IMG/VR virus record: IMGVR_UViG_3300049571_000412
Reading direction: 5' to 3' (one strand)
Origin: an uncultured virus (IMG/VR IMGVR_UViG_3300049571_000412)
Lineage: Duplodnaviria > Heunggongvirae > Uroviricota > Caudoviricetes
DNA length: 64,000 nt
Position numbers and translations under genes: made by a program
The notes under the pieces: model-generated
Told to the model about the DNA's origin: nothing
Databases searched by the model: none
The model's input: the letters and a program-made list of their open reading frames with translations, nothing else
Part shown: one piece after another, positions 1 to 9,362 of the stretch
How the letters are laid out: each line of letters begins with the position of its first letter
Position numbering within the stretch: the stretch's first letter is position 1

Positions 1-131
1 AACCCCTCCCGTCCTGGGCGTCTCATGGCGGTCACAGCCAGCCAGGACCGCCATGAGACGCCCAGGACCGATCTCGGACGGCCGCGACGGCCGAGGTCGC
101 GGCGGGACGGCCGCAACCGCCCCGACCCCCC

Positions 132-917
132 TCAGCCACCGCGCTCGACTGCGTCGATCGCGGCGTGGGTCGCCGCCGCGAGGTCGGGGTCGGCGAGGTC
201 GACGGTTGGGGGGAGCTCGACGTGGAGGTCGTCGGAGGGGTCGATCCGGGCGCGAAGGGGGCCGGCGGAGCGGGAGCCGAGGACGTGGCCGCCGCGGCGC
301 CGGGCGGTGTCGACGAAGTGGAGGTGGTAGCCGGCAACCTCGATGCCCTCGACGTAGGTGGGGAAGCGGAAGCCGACCATCGAGCCCTCGACGTCGGTCA
401 GCTCGAAGACGTGCTGGTCGGCGACGACCTCGGCGAGCGGCCGGTAGGGCGGCTGCTGGCGCGGGACCGAGCGGGCGCGGACGGTCTCGAAGCGGCCGTC
501 GAGGCGCACGGCGAAGGAGGACTGGCCCGCCGGCGCCAGCGCGTCGAGGGCCGCGAGGATCGCTTCATGGTCGAGCCCCGCGGCGAGCTCCGCGTCGACC
601 GTCGGCGTAAAGCGCGTCACCACCGCGAACGGCGTCCGCTCCCCCGGGCCGACCGTCGTCACGGCACCGTCCACGTCCGCCCGCAGGAACTCGCCGTCGA
701 GCGCGATCATCTCCCCGTCGAGGCCGTTCAGCGTCCCCAAACCGAGGTCGCCGCGCGCGCCCAGCTCGGCGAAGGTCAGGTCGCCGTCGTAGGAGCCGTC
801 GAGCAGCGCCCCGATGGTCGAGGCCTGGAAGAGCACGTGGGACCCGCGCTCCGCATGGAGGTCGGCATGCCGCATCGACTCGACATGGAGGGATCTGATC
901 CAGCGCTCGTCAAGCAT
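132..917 (-). CDS. budA: Alpha-acetolactate decarboxylase
   Basis: Motifs FQASTIGALLDGSYDG, GDLGLGTLNGLDGEMI, RSVPRQ, GYHLHF and GGHVL. ATG at 917 preferred over TTG at 923. Confidence 0.93.
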   Translation of the reverse strand: MLDERWIRSLHVESMRHADLHAERGSHVLFQASTIGALLDGSYDGDLTFAELGARGDLGLGTLNGLDGEMIALDGEFLRADVDGAVTTVGPGERTPFAVVTRFTPTVDAELAAGLDHEAILAALDALAPAGQSSFAVRLDGRFETVRARSVPRQQPPYRPLAEVVADQHVFELTDVEGSMVGFRFPTYVEGIEVAGYHLHFVDTARRRGGHVLGSRSAGPLRARIDPSDDLHVELPPTVDLADPDLAAATHAAIDAVERGG

Positions 918-942
918 GGGCAATCGTCACAAAATTGAAAAT

Positions 943-1212
943 GGACCGTGCACCCGCCTTCGAAATCTGGTCACCGGGCGTGTCCGTCGCTTATGGCTCG
1001 AGCCGGGCTTCCCTGCGGCACCCGCGGCATCCGCTTAAGGCTGCTTCCTTCCGGACCTGACCTGGTTCGCGTGCCCACGTCGCGCAGGACCCGGCCGTCA
1101 ACGCCTCCGCGACGCACTGACCCCGACGGTCAGTCCCTCGGAACGGTAATCGGCCCCGCTAGAGCGGATTGCGGGTTATAGGGCACCGCTGATTCCCCGC
1201 CTAGCACGGTCC
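943..1212 (-). ncRNA. ffs: Large bacterial SRP RNA (Alu-domain type)
   Basis: Minus strand contains the helix-8 motif GGTCAGGTCCGGAAGGAAGCAGCC. The 5' end GGACCGTGCTAGGCGGGGAATCAGCGGTGCCCT resembles Bacillus scRNA. The ends GGACCGTGC/GCACGGTCC pair; length about 270 nt. Confidence 0.93.
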
Positions 1213-1250
1213 GTTGCCAAGCCTACCGTCCCGGCATAGGATCGCGCCGC

Positions 1251-2501
1251 TTGATCGACGTCGACTCCTCATCGTTCTTCGCGATCGTCCTGGTCGCGGC
1301 GGTCGCCGCGGTCACCGTCGCGGTCGTCCCGAAACGGCTGGCGCCGCCGGTCGTCGTGCTCGAGCTGATGCTCGGGATCGTGATCGGCCCGCACGTCCTC
1401 GACCTCGCCCACTCCGACTCGTTCATCGAATTCTTCTCCAACCTCGGCCTCGGCATGCTCTTCTTCTTCGCCGGCTACGAGATCGACTTCGGTCGCATCA
1501 AGGGCACCCCGATGAAGCTCGGCGCCTGGGGCTGGCTGCTCTCGGTGGTGCTCGCCTACGGGCTCGGCGGCATCCTCGCCGCGGCCGGGATCATCGTCTC
1601 CATCCTCTACACCGGCTCGGCGATGGCGACGACCGCGATCGGCACGCTGATCCCGATCCTCCGCGACAACGGCGAGCTGAAGACGCGCTTCGGCACCTTC
1701 CTGCTGGCGGCCGGCGGCGCGGGCGAGTTCGGCCCGATCCTGCTGGTGACGCTGGTGCTCTCCACCGACAGCGCCCTGCACGAGTCCCTGATCCTGCTCG
1801 CGTTCATCGGCCTCGCCCTGCTCCTGGCGCTCGGCTCGATGCGCTGGGCGCCGCGCGGCTGGTCGATGCTCGAGCGCACCTTCGAGGCGTCCAGTCAGGT
1901 CGCCGTGCGGCTCACCGTGGTGCTCGTCTTCGGCCTCGTCTTCCTCGCCTCGAAGCTCGGCCTCGACCTGCTGCTCGGCGGCTTCGTCGCCGGGATGATC
2001 GTGCGGCTGGCGCTGCGGGGGCACGAGCTGCGGGTGTTCGAGTCGAAGCTCACCGCGGTCGGCTTCGGCTTCTTCGTGCCGTTCTTCTTCGTCACCAGCG
2101 GGATCGAGTTCGAACTCACGGCGCTCGGCAGCATCGGGGCGATCGCCAAGCTGGCGATGTTCTTCGCCCTCTTCCTGGTCGTCCGCGGGGCGCCGGCGCT
2201 GCTGCTCTACCGCAGCGTGCTGGGGGCGCGCGACCGCGCCGCGCTCGCCTTCTACTCGGCGACCGAGCTGCCGCTGGTCGTCGCGATCACGACGCTGGCG
2301 ATCAAGACCGACCACATGCGCGCCTCGACCGCGGCGGGGCTGGTCGGCGCGGCGATGCTGTCGACGCTCGTCTTCCCCTTCGTCGGCCTGGCACTGCGCC
2401 GCCACGAGGAGGCCGACCGCGCCGAACACGTCGAAGGGGACCCGGACGACGGGGGCTCCCCTCCGCTCGGAGGAGAGCCCGCCGTCCAGCCGGCGGCGTA
2501 G
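1251..2501 (+). CDS. Cation:proton antiporter (CPA2/Kef-type membrane domain)
   Basis: About 12 hydrophobic segments; LFFFAGYEID, TAIGTLIPILRD and GFGFFVPFFFVTSG motifs. Confidence 0.88.
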   Translation: MIDVDSSSFFAIVLVAAVAAVTVAVVPKRLAPPVVVLELMLGIVIGPHVLDLAHSDSFIEFFSNLGLGMLFFFAGYEIDFGRIKGTPMKLGAWGWLLSVVLAYGLGGILAAAGIIVSILYTGSAMATTAIGTLIPILRDNGELKTRFGTFLLAAGGAGEFGPILLVTLVLSTDSALHESLILLAFIGLALLLALGSMRWAPRGWSMLERTFEASSQVAVRLTVVLVFGLVFLASKLGLDLLLGGFVAGMIVRLALRGHELRVFESKLTAVGFGFFVPFFFVTSGIEFELTALGSIGAIAKLAMFFALFLVVRGAPALLLYRSVLGARDRAALAFYSATELPLVVAITTLAIKTDHMRASTAAGLVGAAMLSTLVFPFVGLALRRHEEADRAEHVEGDPDDGGSPPLGGEPAVQPAA

Positions 2502-2516
2502 GCCGCCGGGCGACTG

Positions 2517-3638
2517 CTACCTGCGGACCAGCTTGATCGACTTGTAGACGGTGGCTTTGGCCTTGCCGGCCCGGACCGTCTCCTTGAAGAGGAGCCGCGA
2601 CCGCTTCCGCACCACCTTGCGGGCGGTGGGCTTCACCACCATGGCGAAGTTCTTCACCTTGCCCTTCTTCACCCGCGCGCGGCGCGCCGCGGTGGCCGCC
2701 TTGCGGCGGTTCACCAGCCCCTGCAGCTTGAGCGTGCAGGTCGCGCCGACCTTGGCCGGGCACTTGGCCCTGACCGAGAGGCGGTTGCCCTTCAGCCTCG
2801 CCGTGCCGACCAGGCCCGACGATTTGATCAGGCTCTCGAGCCGGGCGCTGGAGACGCCCCCGGCGCTGCCGTTGCCGCCGTTCCCACCGTTGGCGCCACT
2901 GCCGCCCTGATCGCCGGCACCGCCGTTGCCACCGTTACCGCCATTGCCGCCGGTCGCTCCGTCGTTGCCGCCGGGGTTCGAGGGGGCGTCGGGGCCGGAG
3001 ACGACGACGTTGTCGAAGTGAGCGTTCGCTTCGCCGCCGAACAATCCGAGCGAGAGGAGCGACGACGAGGTCGTCGTTTCGATCTGGACCACGTAGCTGT
3101 GTCCCGCGGTGAGGGAGACGCTGCCTGATTTCGCGGCGAATGGAGCTTCGCTTTCGACCGTCTCGGTGATCGCTTTTTGTTTCGTATTCGTCGTCTTGTC
3201 GACCAGATTGGCCGTGTAGGCGAACTGCGGGGTCAGGTTCAGAAGCCCGCCCGGCACGAAGGAGCGCGCCAGGGCGAGTGAGCCCGAGCCGGTCCCCGAC
3301 GCCGTGAACACGGGGGATTCCGCGGTCAGTTCGCCTTTGAAGCCGGTGATCAGGTTGAGCGGAATGTTCGTATTGACCGCGAACGATCCCGGGGGCGCCC
3401 CTGCGGCGCCGTCATAGGCAGCGCTATTGGTGCAGAGTTGCAGCAGCCCAAGCAATTTGCAGGATTGTTCGGGGGACGTTGCGACTTTCCACCCTTCCGC
3501 GCTTCCGGTGAACGTGCTGCCTCCGCCCGGATAGGTGGCGGCAGACGCTTGACCAACAGCGAGAGCGAGTAGAGCCGCTCCCGATACACACCCCAGCAGG
3601 ATCCCCCGCCGAATGCGCTTCCTGAGCGAAATTGACAC
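2517..3638 (-). CDS. Secreted hypothetical protein with Gly/Asn-rich linker and basic C-terminal domain
   Basis: Signal-peptide-like N-terminus (AxA), GGNGG repeats, Lys/Arg-rich tail. Confidence 0.7.
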   Translation of the reverse strand: MSISLRKRIRRGILLGCVSGAALLALAVGQASAATYPGGGSTFTGSAEGWKVATSPEQSCKLLGLLQLCTNSAAYDGAAGAPPGSFAVNTNIPLNLITGFKGELTAESPVFTASGTGSGSLALARSFVPGGLLNLTPQFAYTANLVDKTTNTKQKAITETVESEAPFAAKSGSVSLTAGHSYVVQIETTTSSSLLSLGLFGGEANAHFDNVVVSGPDAPSNPGGNDGATGGNGGNGGNGGAGDQGGSGANGGNGGNGSAGGVSSARLESLIKSSGLVGTARLKGNRLSVRAKCPAKVGATCTLKLQGLVNRRKAATAARRARVKKGKVKNFAMVVKPTARKVVRKRSRLLFKETVRAGKAKATVYKSIKLVRR

Positions 3639-3822
3639 GATGCTCCTTTCGTAACCAACTTAGAACGCACGATTTCCTTCTCGGTCGTTCTACGTGGATT
3701 ACTTAAAATTCTCAACCTCAATACCCACTATTCTGGACACTTATTGGAAGCGGCCGTCCAGTCCCAGGCACGATTCGCCTGGACGCCTCCCCACCCCGCA
3801 TCGGCGTAAACTGCTCGACCCC

Positions 3823-3894
3823 GGGCGCGTAGCTCAGTGGGAGAGCGCTCGCTTCACACGCGAGAGGTCGCTGGTTCGAAACCAGCCGTGCCCA
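3823..3894 (+). tRNA. trnV: tRNA-Val (CAC); probable prophage attachment site
   Basis: Cloverleaf: GGGCGCG/CGTGCCC acceptor, GCTC/GAGC D-arm, CTCGC-TTCACAC-GCGAG anticodon arm, GCTGG-TTCGAAA-CCAGC T-arm. CCA not encoded. The integrase stop lies 35 bp downstream. Confidence 0.97.
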
Positions 3895-3929
3895 TCCCGG
3901 CGGAAATGGCTCTACGAGTCGCATCGCGG

Positions 3930-5273
3930 TCACGCATTGCGCATCCTCGCATCCTTGGCGGACGGCACTCCGGGACCTGCTGGTCCGGTCCGTGGTCCGA
4001 ACCCCGGCCACTCCTCCGGCTCGTCGGCGAAGCGCATCAGCTCCCAGACCAGCGCGCGGTCGACCCGTTTGCGCTGCATCGTCCGGGTGTAGATCTCCAG
4101 GGTGAGGCGGGCATCTTTGTGGCCGACCTGCCCCATCACCCATGCCGGATCGCGGCCTGCCATGAAGCAGAGCGAGACGAAGGTCACCCGCAGCGAGTGC
4201 GGGGTGACGGGAGGCAGCAGCATCTTGTCTTCGGCCTCCCGACGAATATTGGTCCGCTTGACCACACCGTCGATCATCCGGCGGATGTTCTCCTGCGTCA
4301 TCCGGGTGCCCTTGCTGGTCGGGAACATCGGCTTGCGGGCGCTCAAATTCCGGCCGCGCGACGGCGATGCGGCGACGTGACTTCGCAGTTCGTCCGTGAG
4401 GTAGGCGGTCAGCTCGACATCGCGCTGGCCGGCCTCGGTCTTCGACGCCGGGATCCGCCAGCGGTCGCCCCCGGCCAGGTCGTACTCGCCGCGGTCGGAC
4501 TTCAGGGTTTCGCTGATGCGAGGGCCGCCGAGACAGAGGAGCGCAAGGAGTTCGCGCCGTCCGTAGCACTGGTCGGGGCGCTTCCGTTTGACCAGCTCCG
4601 CCTCCCACTCGCCCGCGACCTCCAGCAGGTCGAGCACCATGTCCGGCTCGAGCCAGGGGCGACGTGACTTCTTGACCTTCATTTTGGTGCCCTTGGTCCG
4701 GGCGGGATTGCCGGAGAGCAGCTTGTGGCGGACGGCAAGGTCGAGGATCTGCGCGAGGACTTCGAGCACCATGTTCACCGACCGGGGCGACAACGTTTTC
4801 TTGGAGCCCACCTTGCGATTCCTGGCCGGCTGCGCGGCGAGGTGGTCGCGAAGTTCGTCCACCCAGACCTCATCGATCTCGGCGGTCGGGGTGTCGCGCC
4901 GAAACCCGTAAATCTTCTTCATGCGCCATTCGTAGTCGGCCTTCGCGTTGGCCTCGATTTCCGTCTGCTTGCGAATCCACCAGCGCGAGAGCGTCGCGTG
5001 GATCGTCTCGTTCCGGTCCGGGCCGTCGGACTCCTGCTCGACCGCAACCTCTTCCTCGTCCGGAGGCACCCAGGTGCCGCGGCGGATCCGTTCGATGATC
5101 GCCTCGGTCTCGACCTCGGCACGCTCCCGGTTCCATCCTTCGCGGTTGGTCCCGAAGGTGATCCAGATCTTGCGGCCCTTGTAGGGGACGCGCGCGCGGA
5201 AGCTGACGGTCTCGCCGTCCTTCCAGGGGTCTTCCTTGATCGTCCCGGTGGGTGCCCGTGGCACGGGCAGCAC
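3930..5273 (-). CDS. int: Tyrosine recombinase/integrase
   Basis: GPRISE (catalytic R), SKT (K), HSLR, GH and Y (LEIY) motifs. GTG start just after the excisionase stop. Confidence 0.95.
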   Translation of the reverse strand: MLPVPRAPTGTIKEDPWKDGETVSFRARVPYKGRKIWITFGTNREGWNRERAEVETEAIIERIRRGTWVPPDEEEVAVEQESDGPDRNETIHATLSRWWIRKQTEIEANAKADYEWRMKKIYGFRRDTPTAEIDEVWVDELRDHLAAQPARNRKVGSKKTLSPRSVNMVLEVLAQILDLAVRHKLLSGNPARTKGTKMKVKKSRRPWLEPDMVLDLLEVAGEWEAELVKRKRPDQCYGRRELLALLCLGGPRISETLKSDRGEYDLAGGDRWRIPASKTEAGQRDVELTAYLTDELRSHVAASPSRGRNLSARKPMFPTSKGTRMTQENIRRMIDGVVKRTNIRREAEDKMLLPPVTPHSLRVTFVSLCFMAGRDPAWVMGQVGHKDARLTLEIYTRTMQRKRVDRALVWELMRFADEPEEWPGFGPRTGPAGPGVPSAKDARMRNA

Positions 5274-5274
5274 G

Positions 5275-5538
5275 CTAATGACTGTCCTGCGGCTCCCAGA
5301 GCTCGACCCCCGCCGGGATGAGCCGCCGGCGCGGTCGTTGCGGCTTTTTCGGTGCCTGGGACGCCTGTGCCAACCGCTGTCGCTGCTTGTAGGCCGCGAC
5401 CCCCTCAGGCTCGAAGCGAATCTGCGATCGACTGGTCCGGCCCATGCGGATGCCGCCGAGGTCGGCCGCATTCTCGCGCACCCACTCCTCGGACATGGCC
5501 AACTCGGCAGCCACCTCCGCCGTCGTCCAGAGTGCCAC
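5275..5538 (-). CDS. Excisionase-like HTH protein
   Basis: WTTAEVAAELAMSEEWVR...IRFEPEGV; small, basic, directly upstream of int. Confidence 0.75.
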   Translation of the reverse strand: MALWTTAEVAAELAMSEEWVRENAADLGGIRMGRTSRSQIRFEPEGVAAYKQRQRLAQASQAPKKPQRPRRRLIPAGVELWEPQDSH

Positions 5539-5543
5539 CGCCG

Positions 5544-5810
5544 CTAGTCCTCCGCCCCTTCCGGTGCCGGCATGTCGTTACCCCCACCCCCGCCATAGGA
5601 GGAGGGCTGGGCCGTTTCCCCGGTGCTCAGCGGCTGCTCCGCGAAGTCGTAGCGGAGGGTTTCGACTCTGCCGGGACACCGCTTGCCGGTGGGCGTGTTG
5701 TGGTCCAGATCCAGCCGCAGGGCGCGATAACGGTCATCACGACCGCAGACCGGGCAGAACCGCAGTGAGACGTGAATCGGCGGGAAGTATGCCTTGGTGT
5801 CAGCCACCAT
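5544..5810 (-). CDS. Hypothetical phage protein (CPVC motif)
   Basis: Coupled ORF in the early operon with a GAGGGAGG RBS. Confidence 0.55.
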   Translation of the reverse strand: MVADTKAYFPPIHVSLRFCPVCGRDDRYRALRLDLDHNTPTGKRCPGRVETLRYDFAEQPLSTGETAQPSSYGGGGGNDMPAPEGAED

Positions 5811-6027
5811 GCCCTCCCTCGGTGCTGTCCGATCCTGCCGCAGGCCCGCGAAGGTGGATGAAGTTCTGGACGGCCGCCCGGATCGCCGCCCCCTCGGAGT
5901 TCTTCTTGGCGAGCCCGGGCTTCAGGTCACCGCGGCCGACCTCGGAGCAGCGAGCCGCCCATCCCGGCCCGGTCGCGTCCTGCTCGACCTCGACGACCAG
6001 TTGGTAGATGACCTTGTTCGTCCTCAA
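5800..6027 (-). CDS. Hypothetical phage protein
   Basis: TTGA overlap with the upstream gene. Confidence 0.5.
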   Translation of the reverse strand: MRTNKVIYQLVVEVEQDATGPGWAARCSEVGRGDLKPGLAKKNSEGAAIRAAVQNFIHLRGPAAGSDSTEGGHGG

Positions 6028-6389
6028 GGCCGCTCCCCTCCCTCAGTGGAGTCGGCCAGGGCGGCGAGGGCGTCGGCCATCCGGCGGGAGAAGCCAAGGC
6101 TCTCGCATCCCTCGGCACGCCGTTTGGCGAAGGCGGCGACTGCGATCTTGGCCGCCTCGTCGCTCCTCAACCACTCCCGTAGTCCCTCAGCGTCCCCGGC
6201 AGGGCGCTCGGCCAGCTTGGCGGCGACGGCTTCGAAGCTGGGGCGCAGTGCCTCGTCGGTGCTACCACAGGGCCACTCGAAACCGTCCGGTAGCCCTACC
6301 TCCTGTTCGAACGCCTCGGCGGCGACGGCCAACATCTCGTCGCTGACCAGCCGCTTGCGGTCCTCCTCGGTGAACTCGATCATTCTCAT
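6024..6389 (-). CDS. Hypothetical phage protein
   Basis: ATGA coupling. Confidence 0.6.
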   Translation of the reverse strand: MRMIEFTEEDRKRLVSDEMLAVAAEAFEQEVGLPDGFEWPCGSTDEALRPSFEAVAAKLAERPAGDAEGLREWLRSDEAAKIAVAAFAKRRAEGCESLGFSRRMADALAALADSTEGGERP

Positions 6390-6595
6390 CGTCCAGACCC
6401 CGCGAAGGCGGCACCGATCCAGTCGTCATGGCGCGTCGGGGGGATGAAGCCACCGACACCGGGGATCGGTAGTTGCCCGGCCTGCTCACGGTGGAAGCCG
6501 TCGAAGTGACGGACGGCGCGGTCGCGCGCCTCTTCCAGGCCTTCGAGCATCCGGTCGGCGGCAACCTCGGCGTAGTAGGAGAACGGCTGAGTCAT
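6386..6595 (-). CDS. Hypothetical phage protein
   Basis: ATGA coupling, AAGGAG RBS. Confidence 0.55.
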   Translation of the reverse strand: MTQPFSYYAEVAADRMLEGLEEARDRAVRHFDGFHREQAGQLPIPGVGGFIPPTRHDDWIGAAFAGSGR

Positions 6596-7113
6596 CGCTG
6601 CTCCTTTCCGGCCAGGACGGCGTCGAATTCGCTCTCAGGAGGGTGGGCGGCCCAGACGAGCTTCTCCTGCCCCGTCTCGGCATAGGTATCCACGCGAGGG
6701 CGCGCTTTCGAGGAGTCCGCCCAGCTGCGCCCCTTCCGTTCTCCGATCAGCCGATAGCCAGCGGCGCGGAGGCTTGAGCCGCTCTCCGATTTCAGGGTGT
6801 AGGTGAACAGGCGCAGCCAGCCAAGAGCCTTCGCTGCCCGCCACGCGGCGCCATAGAGTGCGGAGCAGGCGTTATCGCAGCCATCCGTGGCGACCCGGTT
6901 GGCTTCCAGGGTCCATTCGTCGTCCCATTCGATCGAGACAGGGCGCCCGACCATCGCGACGCCACGGATGCGGCCAGCCTCGTCGGCGACGCCGAGCTGG
7001 AAGACACTTCCCGGCGGCGGCGGAAGATGGCGATGAATCATGCGAACGTACGCCTTGGCTTCGTCGCGCTTCACCGGAACGATCGTCAACCGCTGCTGAA
7101 CCGTCACCGTCAC
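6592..7113 (-). CDS. XF1762-family protein (Mom-related, GNAT-like)
   Basis: HRHLPPP, GVAMVGRPV, NRVATDGCDNACSALYGAAWRAAKALG and TYTLKSESGSSLRAAG. Confidence 0.8.
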   Translation of the reverse strand: MTVTVQQRLTIVPVKRDEAKAYVRMIHRHLPPPPGSVFQLGVADEAGRIRGVAMVGRPVSIEWDDEWTLEANRVATDGCDNACSALYGAAWRAAKALGWLRLFTYTLKSESGSSLRAAGYRLIGERKGRSWADSSKARPRVDTYAETGQEKLVWAAHPPESEFDAVLAGKEQR

Positions 7114-8369
7114 GGTCGCTCCTTTCCGGCCAGGGTGCGGAGGAAGTCGGCGTGCCCCGGCACGAGCTTGCGGGGCGCGTGATCCATGAACAAGGCGATC
7201 TCCAGCACCCGCTCCTGCTCCTCGTCGGTGAGGGTGGAGGGGGCTGGCTTGCGGCGAATCAGCTCGTGGACTTCACACAAGTGCTGTGCGGCCGTCGCCC
7301 ACTGCTCTGGAAGAGCGTGGAGGGTCGAATCGAAATGCTCGCTGACCCGATATCCGCTGGTCCACGAACCCTCGACCGGGAGGATTTCTAGGAGCGCCGT
7401 CAACAACAACTCAGCGCGATCCCGCAGCTCCCCATCCCCCGAGGAGACCTGGGGCCGAACCGCTTTCCTCTTCGCGAGAAACTCGCGATCGCCGGGGAAT
7501 GGTGATCCCGAAGCCAGGCGCCGTTCCGCTTCCGCGACGGCCGAGGAGACCTGGGGAGCACTCTCGCGACCGACGAAGTCGATCGGGCCTTCGGACAGCG
7601 ACGGCTCCGAGGAGACCTGGGGAGCCTCCTGGTTGCATTCGCATGGCGCGTCGTAGTACCAGTTGTGGCACTCGCAGCGTTCGTGGAGCCGGGCGGTTTC
7701 ACCGGGCATCGGCTCTTTCGCTGCCTCGTCGGCGGCCTCTTTCAGGCCCCGCTCGACAACCTCACGAAGATCCTGGGGAGCCTCCTGGTCGTGGGGATGG
7801 GCGGCGAGGGCGTAGACCTGCGCTTCCTGACCGGCGACGTCATGCGTGCCATCCGCCGCCGCCCAGTACTCCTCTGGCAGATCGGTGTAGCGACGGAGCG
7901 TGATCGACTCGGGCCAGCCCGCTCCCTCCCCTTCACCTTCCTCTCCTGAGGGCCGGGCGAGCGGGAGCGGGTTGTGTAATTCGCACCCTCCCTGACCGTC
8001 CGGGTAGCGGCTGTTGTCGCAAGTACACGGCGGGTCCCACTCCTCCCCCTCGTCCTCCTGGGACTCCTGATCGTGGAGGGTGGCGAGGGCGGCAGTTACT
8101 TGCGCCAGATATTTCTCTTCGAAGCTGGACCCGGCACCGTGTGGTCCGCGACGGTTCTCCCAGGCCGCGTTGATCGCCTCCTTGCCCCTCAGCGCCTCCT
8201 CCACTTCGGCCAGCGTCTTCTTGCGGACCAGTGGCACAACGGCGGCGACGGCAGCGTCGAAGTCCAACTCCTCGCCGGTGAACTCCTCGCCGCACTTCAG
8301 GCGACTCCCGGCAGCGGCGTCCATCGCGGCGTCGACCCAGGCCTGCGGTACCCGCTCCTGCTCGGCCAT
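7110..8369 (-). CDS. Mosaic hypothetical protein with internal (QEA)PQVSS repeats
   Basis: 419-aa coupled ORF with repeated junction peptides and small Cys clusters. Confidence 0.6.
   Translation of the reverse strand: MAEQERVPQAWVDAAMDAAAGSRLKCGEEFTGEELDFDAAVAAVVPLVRKKTLAEVEEALRGKEAINAAWENRRGPHGAGSSFEEKYLAQVTAALATLHDQESQEDEGEEWDPPCTCDNSRYPDGQGGCELHNPLPLARPSGEEGEGEGAGWPESITLRRYTDLPEEYWAAADGTHDVAGQEAQVYALAAHPHDQEAPQDLREVVERGLKEAADEAAKEPMPGETARLHERCECHNWYYDAPCECNQEAPQVSSEPSLSEGPIDFVGRESAPQVSSAVAEAERRLASGSPFPGDREFLAKRKAVRPQVSSGDGELRDRAELLLTALLEILPVEGSWTSGYRVSEHFDSTLHALPEQWATAAQHLCEVHELIRRKPAPSTLTDEEQERVLEIALFMDHAPRKLVPGHADFLRTLAGKERP
7439..7788. repeat. Dispersed direct repeat CCGAGGAGACCTGGGG (3 exact copies plus a partial copy)
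   Basis: Copies start at 7439, 7541 and 7607. CCTGGGGAGCCTCCTGG is shared by 7616-7632 and 7772-7788. Confidence 0.85.
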
Positions 8370-8575
8370 CAGTTGCCTTCCTCTGCCAGTAGCGCCGTAT
8401 TCGGCCTGCGCGCGTCCGCGATGTCGTTGACCTGCACCATCCAGCGCTCCAGGTCCCGACGGCGTTTGTCGAGCTCGTCGATGGTGCGGGGCGTGGAATG
8501 GTTGAGGTCGCAGGCGCGCTCGGAGATCCGGAAGATCTGCGACATCGCCTCTGCTTCCTGCTCCTGCTCGGGCAT
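8369..8575 (-). CDS. Hypothetical phage protein
   Basis: TGATG coupling at both ends. Confidence 0.55.
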   Translation of the reverse strand: MPEQEQEAEAMSQIFRISERACDLNHSTPRTIDELDKRRRDLERWMVQVNDIADARRPNTALLAEEGN

Positions 8576-8955
8576 CAGGGCGCCTCCCGGGTGATTACGG
8601 TTCCGGCAGGGACCTTCATGTCGAGCCGCATCGAGTAATCGGTGTAGGCGCCCAGCCTCAGATCGAAGGCGGTGACGGGCACGCTCTCGTCAATCTGGGC
8701 GACCTTGATCCCCCACGTTCCTCGGGCGCCGTAGCTGACGACGACCCTCAGGCCCGCGACGACGAAGGCAGCCAACTCGGCGTTGTACTCGTCGCAGCCG
8801 GGCACGTCGCCCACGACCTCGACCAGGTCGTCGCTCGCGCCATAGAACGCGATCCGTTTCATCTCCTGCTCCTGCTCGGCTCGGTCAGGCTGGTTCTGGC
8901 GCTTGGCCTCGGCGTAGTCGAAGCCCTCGGGCGGCGTCTCTGATTCAGCTTGCAT
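8575..8955 (-). CDS. Hypothetical phage protein
   Basis: FYGASDDLVEV motif; GAGGAG RBS. Confidence 0.65.
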   Translation of the reverse strand: MQAESETPPEGFDYAEAKRQNQPDRAEQEQEMKRIAFYGASDDLVEVVGDVPGCDEYNAELAAFVVAGLRVVVSYGARGTWGIKVAQIDESVPVTAFDLRLGAYTDYSMRLDMKVPAGTVITREAP

Positions 8956-9196
8956 GGTGGGTCTCCTCGGGAAGCATTGAATGGAGCGCGGCTAGCCGCT
9001 GGACCTCGGCGGCATCGTGTTGGGCGCTGGTGACCCAAGCGCTCCGCCGGGACTCGTCGCTTTCTTGCACCGACATGGCGGAATGCTCGTTCCAGTGCGA
9101 CCACTCGCCGCCCCATTTGAGGGCCATCTCCAGCGCCTCGGCTTTCGTGCGCGGCCTGCTGGTCGGGGTCAGTTCGGCTCGGTCAGGCTCATGCAT
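8945..9196 (-). CDS. Hypothetical phage protein
   Basis: GAGGAG RBS within a 19-bp repeat shared with the next gene start. Confidence 0.6.
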   Translation of the reverse strand: MHEPDRAELTPTSRPRTKAEALEMALKWGGEWSHWNEHSAMSVQESDESRRSAWVTSAQHDAAEVQRLAALHSMLPEETHHAS

Positions 9197-9359
9197 GGTG
9201 GGTCTCCTCGTTCAGTTCCGCGCAGTGTTTTCGGGCGGACTCCTCGTCGTCGTAGGCGGCGGCGCGCACCTGTAGCTCGGTGTCCACGACGACCCAGTCG
9301 GGCAGCCAGCCCCAAGCTGGGCCGCGCGCGTCTCGAACCTCGTATCTCGGCTCGGCCAC
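9189..9359 (-). CDS. Small hypothetical protein (56 aa, not in ORF track)
   Basis: GTG start after GGAGGA; MAEPRYEVRD...ELNEETHHA; overlaps the next start. Confidence 0.55.
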   Translation of the reverse strand: MAEPRYEVRDARGPAWGWLPDWVVVDTELQVRAAAYDDEESARKHCAELNEETHHA

Positions 9360-9362
9360 GGT

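Noticed and set aside
925..1215. Riboswitch for acetolactate decarboxylase, or short ORFs 814..1038 and 948..1181
   Set aside because: Fully explained by the SRP RNA.
3837..4667. + strand ORF starting inside the tRNA
   Set aside because: Overlaps tRNA-Val and is antisense to the integrase.
7439..8076. CRISPR array
   Set aside because: Repeats are only 16-17 bp, spacing is irregular (66-285 bp), they lie in frame within an ORF, and no cas genes are present.
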